From: an uncultured Ignavibacteriaceae bacterium
GTDB taxonomy: Bacteria > Bacteroidota > Ignavibacteria > UBA10030
Direction of reading: 5' to 3'
Assembly (NCBI GenBank): GCA_964362905.1
Contig: CAYIHQ010000001.1
Span: 1,163 to 65,162 of the forward strand
Length of the DNA: 64,000 nt
The position numbers were made by a program, and so were the translations under genes. This document shows, in pieces, positions 44,301 to 51,833 of this stretch. The notes under the pieces are model-generated. The model worked only from the letters and a program-made list of their open reading frames with translations. It was not told where the DNA came from and did no database searches. Within the stretch, counting starts at the first letter, position 1. Every line of letters begins with the position of its first letter.

Positions 44301-47225
44301 CTGTAGATTCTCCTCAAGGAACGCAATGCGAGTCAGCGCATAGCTTCTTGTATCGTTCTTCGGGAGCACGGAGACCCCGGGCTCTGGATCGTTGCAGATC
44401 GCATACGACACCTCGGAGCCCGGGGCTGTGGTGGTACCCTGATAGGGACTGCTCAGAGTACCTTTCCAGAAACCGGCCGCAAAGTCGTACCACGTAGCCG
44501 TCAGGATGTAGGTTCGATCGTGCCCGTCCACCACAAGACGCCGATAGCCCGCGTACACGGTAGAACCCGCATAGGTCGAGAACCCGTTAGCATTCTGAGA
44601 GTAGTAGGCTATGTCATTCGCGGAGAGAGACGATCCCGCGCTATTGGTAAACGTTACCGTAGTGCTGTTGTTGGTGACTCCGATTTTGTCACGTCCGAAG
44701 CAGCGTCTGAACGTACGATTCAGTGGCTCCTGGTTGGTGATGAAATACTGTCCCCCCGTCGTTGAGAACGGCACGAGTCCGTTATCTCCGGGTGCCGTCT
44801 GATACTTATAGAAAGGACGACGGCTCCAGGTGTGCGCGTTCTCGAAGTTCCACAGCACCTGACCTACTCGCGTATACCCGTGGAGCCCCGCATGATAGAA
44901 ATAGCGTACGGCTTGCCATGCCTGGCTGTAGTAGATCAACAAGCAATGAGCGTGTCCGTTTCTCGGGGCTCCCGCTGTGTTGGCCGTGGGTACACCCTGC
45001 TCATGCCATCCATGGCAGGCGCGGCTACCCACAGACGTGGTGGTGGTGCCGCCCCCTTGGAAATTGCCACTACTCCAGGCAGTGACCGCGGAGATCGCAG
45101 TTGCCTGATTCAGAGTGTGGATCGTCCCCTTGTCTCTGGCAATCGCCTCCGTCGTGTAGCTCCGCGTGTAGACATTACCGGGCGCTACGAGCTGTGTGGG
45201 GGTCAGGAACTTCAGTGCCCCCTCGAAGAGCCCCAGAGCCCGGGTAGCATTGTAGGTCTCCCGCTTGGCAATCGGAGTGATCGGATGCAGCTTGCGCGCA
45301 GCAAAGGTGTCATTCTCTGCCGCTGAGGCCCCCGCCCCAAAGTAAAGAAAAAAGATTCTTGGGACGCTCGATCCGTCCGTCAGGTGCTCCTGCACGTAGT
45401 CCGACTGGAAGCCCCCTGCCGGGATCGCCCCGCCGATCGTGTCCCTCGGACATCCGCAGATCGTGTAGCCACGCTTATCTCCCCCGAAGACAAACGTACT
45501 CGCCCGATAGCCCGAAATCGCCTCCATGTGAGAATCCGTCACATGGTCGGTATCGAAAACCAGTCCCCACCGATTGAACGGCATTGGACCCAGCGGGTGG
45601 TAGTTCGGATTCTGTGAGAACGACGTAGCTAGATCATTCTTGATGTAGGACGCCTGGATTTTCGTGCCATTCGTAGGTGCGGTGCGGAACGTGAGATCCA
45701 CGGCACCCGTGGTGTAATTCACTGTCCCATCGAGAATCAGTGTGGCCCCGGTTACATCATACGAGTAGGTTCCCAGCACCTGTATCCCAGAGCCGGGCGC
45801 GGTGGAGAAGGTGATGGAGTAGGCACCCGTGGTGTAATTGATTGTGCCCGCCGAGATCCCAACACCAGAGATCGTCCCCAAGCCGTTGTCGCGCCCGAAG
45901 ACCGTAGTACCCGTTCCCACCTTCACGAGGAGCGCACCCTTGATGAGCGGCTTACCCACCGCGGTCCCGGTGAACACCGTCTGCGAGGCTGTGCCCGTGC
46001 CCCACAGCTCATTGACTACATTCGTGTGGTAGAAGGGCACCACCTGGCCAAGGCCATTGTCCTTGCCCTCCACCGTACCCGCCTGTACGTGCAGAGAGTG
46101 AGCATTAGGACGGCTCGGAAGAATCGCCCCGGTAAACGAGGTACCTCCAGCACCTACGTAGAGCTGCCAATAGGCATAGCGATAGGAGGACAGCACGGGA
46201 ACCAGATTCAGTGGGGCTACAGCAAACTCCACCGAGATGGCACCAGTGGCGTAGTTCACATAGCTGTTCGCCCCCTTCACAATCCCTGGCCCTGTGATCT
46301 CCCCGACACCACCACTCAGGGTCTGTCCGTCCTGCCCGGAGACACTGGCTCCCGCAGAGACCCGCAGATACCCCTTGGGAAACGCACCATGGCCCGCGAA
46401 AGCATATGGTAGCGTCCCGGTGAAGATCCGAGTGACACCATTCCCTGTCCCCAGAGAATAGCTAGCATTGGTGTGCAGCTCCGCGTCCCTTCCCTGATAA
46501 TCATTCCCCAGACGCACCTCCAGATCCACACAACGAGAGTTGTGCGGAATATACAGGTACCACGTCAGCGAGAAGAGATCACGATTGAGCGAGGTTGCAG
46601 ATGTCTGGATGTCCCTATGATAGCTGCGCCTCCGGATGACCTTCATCCACTTCGTGTTCTCCAGAGTAGTATCCTCGTACCACTCTGTAGAGTTCGTGGC
46701 GTCCACCCGATAGAGATTTCCGGAGCGCGAGAGCGCAGCATCTACATAGACATCAAAGACTTCGCTCTGGAACGTACCGGAGATAAGCCCCGAGGTTACA
46801 GAGGCATGCTGCGCATAGGTTGGCAGGTTGTTCTTGAGAGTGATGCTCTTGATGAGCTTCAGGTACTGAACACCCCGCACGTTGGTCGCCGCATTGCGCT
46901 TCGGGATGTCTACCCCTGTACCATCCGTTTTCCCACACCATCCCTTGGCAACACGCACCTGACCATTCGGCCACGTCGTCAGCAGCGTCCACGCCGTAGG
47001 CAAGTCCACATCGGCGGGTACCGTCGCCGACTGAAGCAGACGAAAATGGTAGTCCGCTAGCTCGCTCTCGTAGATCCCATTGTTCCCCGAAGGAAACGGA
47101 CATGTCACACCCACGACCTCCTTCCGGTCGTAGTCCGTGTCATTCTCCAAGATGAACTGGAGATCCAGAGCCTCTGGCCCCCCGGCATCACCCATGCCAC
47201 CCGGTCCCGGGGGAACGACAGCCAT
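39915..47225 (-). CDS. giant multidomain fibre-like virion protein (2436 aa)
   Basis: A single uninterrupted ORF. Its parts are an N-terminal globular region, at least 4 copies of a GT..FTGT...DNG.G.I.G..I..GTINY.TGA.S.TF module (aa ~257-527, and again at ~1800-1870), a possible LamG/concanavalin-like segment, and about 30 C-terminal 15-residue S-K/R-G repeats. Confidence 0.85.
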   Translation of the reverse strand: MAVVPPGPGGMGDAGGPEALDLQFILENDTDYDRKEVVGVTCPFPSGNNGIYESELADYHFRLLQSATVPADVDLPTAWTLLTTWPNGQVRVAKGWCGKTDGTGVDIPKRNAATNVRGVQYLKLIKSITLKNNLPTYAQHASVTSGLISGTFQSEVFDVYVDAALSRSGNLYRVDATNSTEWYEDTTLENTKWMKVIRRRSYHRDIQTSATSLNRDLFSLTWYLYIPHNSRCVDLEVRLGNDYQGRDAELHTNASYSLGTGNGVTRIFTGTLPYAFAGHGAFPKGYLRVSAGASVSGQDGQTLSGGVGEITGPGIVKGANSYVNYATGAISVEFAVAPLNLVPVLSSYRYAYWQLYVGAGGTSFTGAILPSRPNAHSLHVQAGTVEGKDNGLGQVVPFYHTNVVNELWGTGTASQTVFTGTAVGKPLIKGALLVKVGTGTTVFGRDNGLGTISGVGISAGTINYTTGAYSITFSTAPGSGIQVLGTYSYDVTGATLILDGTVNYTTGAVDLTFRTAPTNGTKIQASYIKNDLATSFSQNPNYHPLGPMPFNRWGLVFDTDHVTDSHMEAISGYRASTFVFGGDKRGYTICGCPRDTIGGAIPAGGFQSDYVQEHLTDGSSVPRIFFLYFGAGASAAENDTFAARKLHPITPIAKRETYNATRALGLFEGALKFLTPTQLVAPGNVYTRSYTTEAIARDKGTIHTLNQATAISAVTAWSSGNFQGGGTTTTSVGSRACHGWHEQGVPTANTAGAPRNGHAHCLLIYYSQAWQAVRYFYHAGLHGYTRVGQVLWNFENAHTWSRRPFYKYQTAPGDNGLVPFSTTGGQYFITNQEPLNRTFRRCFGRDKIGVTNNSTTVTFTNSAGSSLSANDIAYYSQNANGFSTYAGSTVYAGYRRLVVDGHDRTYILTATWYDFAAGFWKGTLSSPYQGTTTAPGSEVSYAICNDPEPGVSVLPKNDTRSYALTRIAFLEENLQHGMSAENASHCSQDAAFEVWETTGSWLLWDKVRLMGEFFLGAYKDKSPFDPTGTNQQQFRDESRANAWSLKNVLTAYLVTKALAGRSGFEFLTSAAYGSAPDRYKEFIESRNVWRLSTSPLGLMDPAGLIAVSGKEKIKDFPIDEGRGLDWGNPENVGSTNPLYGGGTALGNPSLPISEVQMRFGEGYFTYSSTWQLGYILPYIWACYREFRYETKLLSNGLTLPATLLRLGLGGSSYVLDYCLLYGLGPYPGRLSPGFVSQTLGRFGLLFQDPLRGGSHGFPVRFCNDNYGQGYSWVIPISSPYLSTTPPYYPALTDSDTPIATYYNRLGSDTAVQDWVTSKQTPGLKDSPSPHVDTIGWPVAGTFRAHGQDITTFDGGIPHPGTVPPVLTVPSCTNPPGQPPRYPCQRAPTDAETFYHEGVGNYPDGLPDGINAALSLVAYYAARYHTNTQKRALAIKLLNNWLYNLMAFSHVNGRFSGVNANTKGSKFEYEEQFLGPITGDFPHADGGLGQVTGWWDTTWRRRRRVSTSGTHSLYTGGRDVLGVNVTTYGIPTFSQLGLGDLRVVHQTDTNLFTLVPSTLRRDPASGDYFLYFVPTQTIQQNEDVGLSVTQAYYVYYSNPGAASSTAWSNTDSIDGPYASDANTVALWNSEGSIGNDAGPNSQALATIAGFSPSHIKGIFGGASHFQKSLFQASFVSANFSVYAWQGSFCLDFWVLIRTLDRDSGVSELWSLLSLADDTVAPILVYLNTASTDRALRGRFTVGQGTSYSVVEVAIPQGTRTVLATGNGSQTVFSGTLVAPVIASSFYIYVAGSSVAGYDYGAGTISGTGITSGTLDYLTGAWSVTFSSPPAGGVQIISTHTTSTTQYPTDRWVHIKLDYSSTTLTPYVGGVAGTGQAVSGSLAVVSQVTSFVHGAFYTPSTFFTSFANIKLAEVRLSRVDRPATYKVATPVTPVLQAEEALSETEELALTSRGTLTTVMDNKLTSRGSLASGMTAPNLVGAGYLVNAVGLQASTSSRGYLVILGYQNPLICRGTLSLPSLEPGLSLTSRGTLATPQQGQVSCSGYLSINGLSHSLLSKGTLATTAELPLVSKGSFLTSNTQLPLVSSGYLQAPTVQLLLLSKGAFGVVNLQVVLTSKGDLLSSSGILLFLPSRGYLAVAQSHDLFTRGYLQVVNTSSLLASKGHVVLAGQSVLTSKGYLQVLGTQLLLLSKGELIAWGAAYTQVASVGYLQVLGTQLLVVSRGTLATGTSLSLSSRGYLGVLGVLVPLSSKGALQVLGVQLQLSSKGAFQTSNLQQLLTSKGYLQTLGFQQLLTSKGDIQISGNVLFLASKGHLLDAVGYRYLVCAAYVQGAASSFLVSRGQLAVIAQQSLTSVGYVVGVQLTAPLVSKGFIYSLLDVLTQLPTASALAVARTNSLTTRGTLATTKQVALIGAGYLIVGSLLLTPSSPITITGKPVQG

Positions 47226-47227
47226 GG

Positions 47228-47725
47228 TTAGCTCAACGGTTGACCAGCAGACAGCGCGTGCTGGCGCTGTGACATGAACCTGTCAAATCCAGTCTGGAAC
47301 AACGGATCATTACTACGCTCGAACGCACCCTCGAATATAGCGCTATCGAAGCGATAGACAGGAGAGATGTAGTAAACATCCTCCAGAGTGGGAGAGAACC
47401 GCCGACCGACGCAGTAGGTGAAATAGAGCAGCCCACCCGTACCCATGTAGGACTTGCGGTAGAGGACAATACCTACCGAGTCCCCCACTTCGAGGAGAAT
47501 CTGCTTCGTGGGGTCCACCACTGACACCCAACCAGCGGCCTGTACCCCCGCCAACACCGGAGTGCCTACATAGAGATCACAGGGAGACTTGGAGTACAGG
47601 GTACAGAACTCACCAATCTGGTGCTCTCCCAAGCTATCGAACTGATCGTGCGCTATCCCATCGGGAGTGACTACACGCCAGTAGAAGCTCAGACCCTGCG
47701 ATCGGGCTGCCTCAGTGGGTGTCAC
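47228..47725 (-). CDS. hypothetical protein (165 aa)
   Basis: ORF packed 2 nt upstream of the giant gene start. No motif recognised. Confidence 0.55.
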   Translation of the reverse strand: MTPTEAARSQGLSFYWRVVTPDGIAHDQFDSLGEHQIGEFCTLYSKSPCDLYVGTPVLAGVQAAGWVSVVDPTKQILLEVGDSVGIVLYRKSYMGTGGLLYFTYCVGRRFSPTLEDVYYISPVYRFDSAIFEGAFERSNDPLFQTGFDRFMSQRQHALSAGQPLS

Positions 47726-47728
47726 TCC

Positions 47729-48259
47729 TCAAATCTCGTTGTAGACCGCGATCGTATTCCAGTTGGTCAGACTCCCACCGTTTCCCGGCGTGATCCCCAG
47801 CCAGAGGTAGAGAAAATTGGAGTTCGGCGGTGTATTTCCACCCCACTGCACATCGTTCGTGCCGTGGGTTACTGCATTGTGGTTCCCCGCCCCCGTCCAC
47901 GTCACCTCACTCGTCGTCAGGGTCGTTGCCGGGGTCGTACTGGCGAGCACGGGCTGGGTGTAGGAGGCCTTGAACAGGTAGTAGCAGGTGACACCACTGC
48001 CGAGACCCGCACCGATGTCACTGGTGCTGCTCTTCACCCTCAGATTGCTCAGCTCCGTGAACGTGGAGGTATTGAAGATCAGAATGCGCAGGGCTTTCTC
48101 CCACGAGTAGTTTGTACCACTCGTTGGGCGCACCAATGGATTGGTCAGATCATCCACATTGTCGATGGCGGCCTTGAAGCGCAGCACGGAGATACCGCTG
48201 GCTACACCCCAGTTCGCATTGGTCGTCGTGGAGTTCTGCCACTTGAGAACCGCTACCAT
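47729..48259 (-). CDS. hypothetical beta-rich structural-type protein (176 aa)
   Basis: ORF with a GAGGAAG upstream of the ATG. The composition is Thr/Asn/Gly/Ser-rich. Confidence 0.55.
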   Translation of the reverse strand: MVAVLKWQNSTTTNANWGVASGISVLRFKAAIDNVDDLTNPLVRPTSGTNYSWEKALRILIFNTSTFTELSNLRVKSSTSDIGAGLGSGVTCYYLFKASYTQPVLASTTPATTLTTSEVTWTGAGNHNAVTHGTNDVQWGGNTPPNSNFLYLWLGITPGNGGSLTNWNTIAVYNEI

Positions 48260-48280
48260 TTCTTCCTCGTCTCGTCCTTG

Positions 48281-48772
48281 CTAGTGTTTTTGAAATGTGC
48301 CACGAATCGCGCGCAGAATCTCCATCTTTGTCATCGTGGACTGCGCGAGAGACGCACCAAAGAGCTTGGCCAGGGCTTGCAAATCTTCCAGCTTCAAGGA
48401 GGCCAACACGCCCAAGTCAGGCTCCGTCTGAAAGTAGACGCGCCAGACTGCGAGATCCTTGTCCTTGTAGACCACAAGTGCCGGAGGTACCACAGTAGCC
48501 GGATTCGGCTCCGAAGTCGCCGTGGGCTTCGCACTTTTGGAGCCACCTCCCAGCCGAAGCGGGTCATGCACCTTCGCCGGGGCCTGCCCCGGCCCCGTAA
48601 CGATGGTCAGCAGACCCGCACGGCATGCGCGTGCGAAGTGTACACCACGGATACCCTCACCAGACGCTAGCCGATAGCTACCCCCTGAAGGCAGGCTCAA
48701 GCAGACCATACTCCCCGTCGCATTGACGTAGATCGGCTCCAAGCCCACCTCATTCTTGAGCAGGGTGCTCAC
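48281..48772 (-). CDS. protein with a C-terminal Rho_N/SAP (HeH)-like domain
   Basis: LKLEDLQALAKLFGASLAQSTMTKMEILRAI fits the Rho N-terminal/HeH motif (l.v.eLr.lAk.lgi.g.s.m.K.eLi.aI). Confidence 0.5.
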   Translation of the reverse strand: MSTLLKNEVGLEPIYVNATGSMVCLSLPSGGSYRLASGEGIRGVHFARACRAGLLTIVTGPGQAPAKVHDPLRLGGGSKSAKPTATSEPNPATVVPPALVVYKDKDLAVWRVYFQTEPDLGVLASLKLEDLQALAKLFGASLAQSTMTKMEILRAIRGTFQKH

Positions 48773-49911
48773 GCGCCCTCCAGATGATGCTTTGCCAACA
48801 GCTCCTTCAGCTTGGCATCGAACTTCCGCAAGCGCGGGGGCTTGCCCGTACGAGCCTTCGGAACCTGGCGTGCCAGTATGCTCGCCGCGCGGATAGCCTT
48901 GTACTTCGCGCGGGCCGCACCCGCGTCACCCGGGCTACCGCTTCCGATCCCTGTAGTAGACATGTGCTGCTGATAGACCTTGGCATTGGCCTTCAGACTC
49001 TTCAGCACATTCAAAATCCGATGCAGATGGCTCACCTTCGACGATGCGCCTTCCTGGAAGAACGCTTGAAGACGTGCCCGCCGCTGCTCCTCTCTGCCTT
49101 GATCTGTGAAGTCCGCCACCTGAGCCTCCTGCTGAAGAAGTGGTCCAGTTCTCTTGAACGAATGCAGCCCCATCCGATGCGCTACACGCTGCACCATCCG
49201 TAGGCCGTGCTGCAAAGATACCCGATGGGCCGCCGGATGGAAACCCTCATCTCCAGGTTCCGCGAACTTCCCCGTGATCGCCCGGTGAACCGCATCGTGC
49301 ATCACGGTGTTCAGCTCCTTGTGGAAAACTCGGTCAGAGACGTGGATCCCGAGATGCTTGGCACTCAGCTCCCGCTGCTTGTGCGCCGCTAGCCACTCCC
49401 AGTGTACCGCCCGAGTGGCCTCTCGGGGGGAGCGCACGCCCAGCTTGCCCAGCCTACGACCTTCCCCGTACATCTGGTTGAGCCGTGCGCGGGTCAACGC
49501 GTGCGCCAGCTCATGGGTTTTTCGCCACGCCTCGGTGTAGTGCTGGTTCTTGAAGTCCCCTCCCGAGCCACTACTGGGATCCCAGATCATCAGGTGCTCG
49601 GTGTCGTAGTTCTTGCGCGCGAGATCGGGCTTCCCGTGGCTACCCCCAGCATAGTAGTGCTGGTAGCCATGATGCGCCAGCATCCGGTCGATCGCCGGCA
49701 GATGGCGCTCGGTATAAGGGTAGTGCTTTAGGTTGGGGTGACCCCCCGGATGCACCCGACCCCAGCCGGAAGCAATCTGTCGGTAGGCTGCGGAGGAGCC
49801 CACCACAGCCACCTGAGCATTCTCCCGGAATTGGGATCGGAATTGGAAGCGCCTGTAGTGCTCCGTGTGGCCATCGTGCCAAGCATACGCATGGGGATGT
49901 GAGTGGGCCAC
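48769..49911 (-). CDS. His-rich protein with an HExxH (zincin-like) motif
   Basis: 380 aa with a GTG start. WRKTHELAHALT contains HELAH. The sequence has an unusual density of His, and the C-terminal third is basic and helical. Confidence 0.5.
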   Translation of the reverse strand: MAHSHPHAYAWHDGHTEHYRRFQFRSQFRENAQVAVVGSSAAYRQIASGWGRVHPGGHPNLKHYPYTERHLPAIDRMLAHHGYQHYYAGGSHGKPDLARKNYDTEHLMIWDPSSGSGGDFKNQHYTEAWRKTHELAHALTRARLNQMYGEGRRLGKLGVRSPREATRAVHWEWLAAHKQRELSAKHLGIHVSDRVFHKELNTVMHDAVHRAITGKFAEPGDEGFHPAAHRVSLQHGLRMVQRVAHRMGLHSFKRTGPLLQQEAQVADFTDQGREEQRRARLQAFFQEGASSKVSHLHRILNVLKSLKANAKVYQQHMSTTGIGSGSPGDAGAARAKYKAIRAASILARQVPKARTGKPPRLRKFDAKLKELLAKHHLEGA

Positions 49912-49926
49912 GGATAAGACGGGGAA

Positions 49927-50130
49927 CTAGCCCCTGCCCAGATGACGACGCTTCCGCTTGTAAGCGCTTAGATAGCGCTGCAACTTGTCATCAGCACTAC
50001 GCGCATCCGCATGGGTGCGTGCCCAAGCACGCCGTTTCTTCAGCGCCCAGACGCGGCGCAGAACACTAGCCAAACGCTTCCGCCGCAACGCGATGTCAAG
50101 AAACGCCTCGGAAAGCGCATAGACCTTCAT
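49927..50130 (-). CDS. small highly basic protein (67 aa)
   Basis: Its start makes an ATGA overlap with the upstream stop (50127-50130). The sequence is Arg/Lys-rich (RRKRLASVLRR, KKRRAWAR, YKRKRRHLGRG). Confidence 0.45.
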   Translation of the reverse strand: MKVYALSEAFLDIALRRKRLASVLRRVWALKKRRAWARTHADARSADDKLQRYLSAYKRKRRHLGRG

Positions 50131-50591
50131 GTCACCGCCTTGCCCTCACGCTGCTTGAAGCGAGCAAGCCATCGGTTGGTTGCACCAGAGATTTTTCTCT
50201 GTGACGCCCCCGTGCCGTGAAGACCCAGGACTCGCTTATAGCGATCTCGGCGTAGCACCTTTACAGCGTCTCGGCGATTGCTGATAGGCCGAGGACGAGC
50301 ACGGCGTCCTCCCCTGGTCCAATCCAGAGAAGTCGCATGGTAATCCCTACCTGTATGCTTCTGCACGATCGCGCGAGCACGCTGACCACGGGTCCAATGC
50401 GCGTAGGCTGCGTGAGTCGCATGATCCGCGGGTTGATCCCCACGGAGACCCCCCGTTTCCTTATCCAGAGCGTGGGCGTGCTCCCTCCCAGTACGCCCGG
50501 CCTTTCGTTGCCTCGCAGCAAATTGAAGGAGCTTCTTCAGCCTGAGCTTCCGCTCCTCCGGATCCACCGCCTCTAGCACGAGAAAACGCAT
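50127..50591 (-). CDS. Arg/Lys-rich protein, MRFLVLEAVDPEERKLRLKKL family, copy 2 (154 aa)
   Basis: It starts 4 nt after the stop of the upstream beta-sandwich gene. About one quarter of residues are Arg or Lys. It shares motifs with copy 1 (RARAI.QKHTG.D, NRR.AVKVLR.DR). Confidence 0.65.
   Translation of the reverse strand: MRFLVLEAVDPEERKLRLKKLLQFAARQRKAGRTGREHAHALDKETGGLRGDQPADHATHAAYAHWTRGQRARAIVQKHTGRDYHATSLDWTRGGRRARPRPISNRRDAVKVLRRDRYKRVLGLHGTGASQRKISGATNRWLARFKQREGKAVT
50531..50591. repeat. 61-nt segment, 60/61 identical to 33890-33950
   Basis: Direct comparison. See 33890-33950. Confidence 0.9.
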
Positions 50592-50595
50592 CGCA

Positions 50596-50958
50596 TCATC
50601 CTATGGGATTGTGGCAGACCTTGATGGTGCAGGAGCCAGGTGACGCCACGCTCCCCGAGGCCTTCACCTTGAGTCGCGCACGGGTTTCTCCAGAGAAGAG
50701 CGAGATGGTGATGACCCGGTACTTGCCAGTTCCGGTGAGGCTAGTAACTTGAGAAACATCGTTACCGCTAGCATCCCGTGTTGGATACCAATCCGTGTTG
50801 TTGTCCGATCCCTCAATACTAAGCTGGATCGTATCCTCGGAGCCCTTCGTGTAGTTGACAAGCAAGACCATCGTACCCGTGGCAGCACGAAACGAGGCTC
50901 CAGCCACATAGCTCGTGGAGAAGCTACCTACGGAGGACCAAGCTGTTGTGACCGCCAT
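50596..50958 (-). CDS. small beta-sandwich (discoidin/CBM-like?) protein, paralogue A (120 aa)
   Basis: Trimmed to the ATG at 50958 (MAVTTAWSS...). MVLLVNYTKGSEDTIQLSIEGSDNNTDWYP and RARLKVKASGS are shared with paralogues B, C and D. Confidence 0.6.
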   Translation of the reverse strand: MAVTTAWSSVGSFSTSYVAGASFRAATGTMVLLVNYTKGSEDTIQLSIEGSDNNTDWYPTRDASGNDVSQVTSLTGTGKYRVITISLFSGETRARLKVKASGSVASPGSCTIKVCHNPIG

Positions 50959-50959
50959 C

Positions 50960-51349
50960 TCAGAATACGGAGGGGTGAGGATTATGCAGCAGCTTGACCG
51001 TGACCGTCCCATTGCCTCCCGGTGTCCCCGCGATTCGGCTTGTCAACCGGACGTACTGCTCCCCCGAGGCCAGAGCGATGTTGGTGTTGAGGCGCCCGGC
51101 ACCACCAGCGGAAGCACTGTAAACCTGAGAGATGTCTGCACCACCCGAGCTGGTGGGCAGATACCAGGATACACCGTCATCCGAGATCTCCAAGCGGAGC
51201 TGTAGGCTCGTCTCCGTGCCCGTACCTTTGACGTAGCTGATGAGCAACACTACCGTCGAAGGCGACACCCTGACAACAGCGGAGGGGCTACCAAACCCGG
51301 TCGTCAAACTCGCTGTCGCCAGCGCATTGTAGAGAATAGTCGCACTCAC
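50960..51349 (-). CDS. small beta-sandwich protein, paralogue B (129 aa)
   Basis: VVLLISYVKGTGTETSLQLRLEISDDGVSWYLP and YVRLTSRIAGT. Confidence 0.6.
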   Translation of the reverse strand: MSATILYNALATASLTTGFGSPSAVVRVSPSTVVLLISYVKGTGTETSLQLRLEISDDGVSWYLPTSSGGADISQVYSASAGGAGRLNTNIALASGEQYVRLTSRIAGTPGGNGTVTVKLLHNPHPSVF

Positions 51350-51355
51350 GGAAGA

Positions 51356-51751
51356 TCAGGTGCTGTTCTCAGACTTCGGGAACTTTTTCACCAGGCGACC
51401 CGCCAGCTTCAGATAGCGCGCAGTGCGATGCGCAACGTGTGGATGCTGCCTTCCCACGCGCTGAGCAATCAGTTGCATATCCTGAGCATCAACTGGAGCG
51501 TTGTGAGCAGAGTAATGTACATCCGTAGCTGGCGTATGCCGAAGCTGCGGATAGCTCATCTTCGCACCCCAACCCACGTTCTTCCAGAAGAGGTTCCCTG
51601 TCTTCTTGTTGCGGCGGAGTGCCGCAACTGCCTTTTTGACGGCATCCTGCCACACCCAGCTCCCCTTTTGGGTGGAGACTACATTGGTAAGCCCCGTCCC
51701 CTTCCGGATCTGCTTGTACCCAGTGGCTTCGGGGATCACACAGAACAGCAT
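51356..51751 (-). CDS. basic hypothetical protein (131 aa)
   Basis: First ORF after the hairpin that follows the capsid gene. The sequence is Lys/Arg/His-rich. Confidence 0.5.
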   Translation of the reverse strand: MLFCVIPEATGYKQIRKGTGLTNVVSTQKGSWVWQDAVKKAVAALRRNKKTGNLFWKNVGWGAKMSYPQLRHTPATDVHYSAHNAPVDAQDMQLIAQRVGRQHPHVAHRTARYLKLAGRLVKKFPKSENST

Positions 51752-51780
51752 TGGTCAGCCCCCAGCAAGGTGAAAGGAAT

Positions 51781-51816
51781 CTGGTGCCCACCCTACCCTT
51801 GCGATGTAGGCACCAG
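51781..51816 (-). terminator. stable stem-loop immediately downstream of the major capsid gene (terminator or mRNA stabiliser)
   Basis: The minus strand reads CTGGTGCC-TAC...GTAG-ggtg-GGCACCAG. That is 8 + 4 bp with a 4-nt bulge, followed by ATTCCTTTC, a weak T-tract. Confidence 0.45.
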
Positions 51817-51833
51817 ATCCCCCACAGCTCCCA

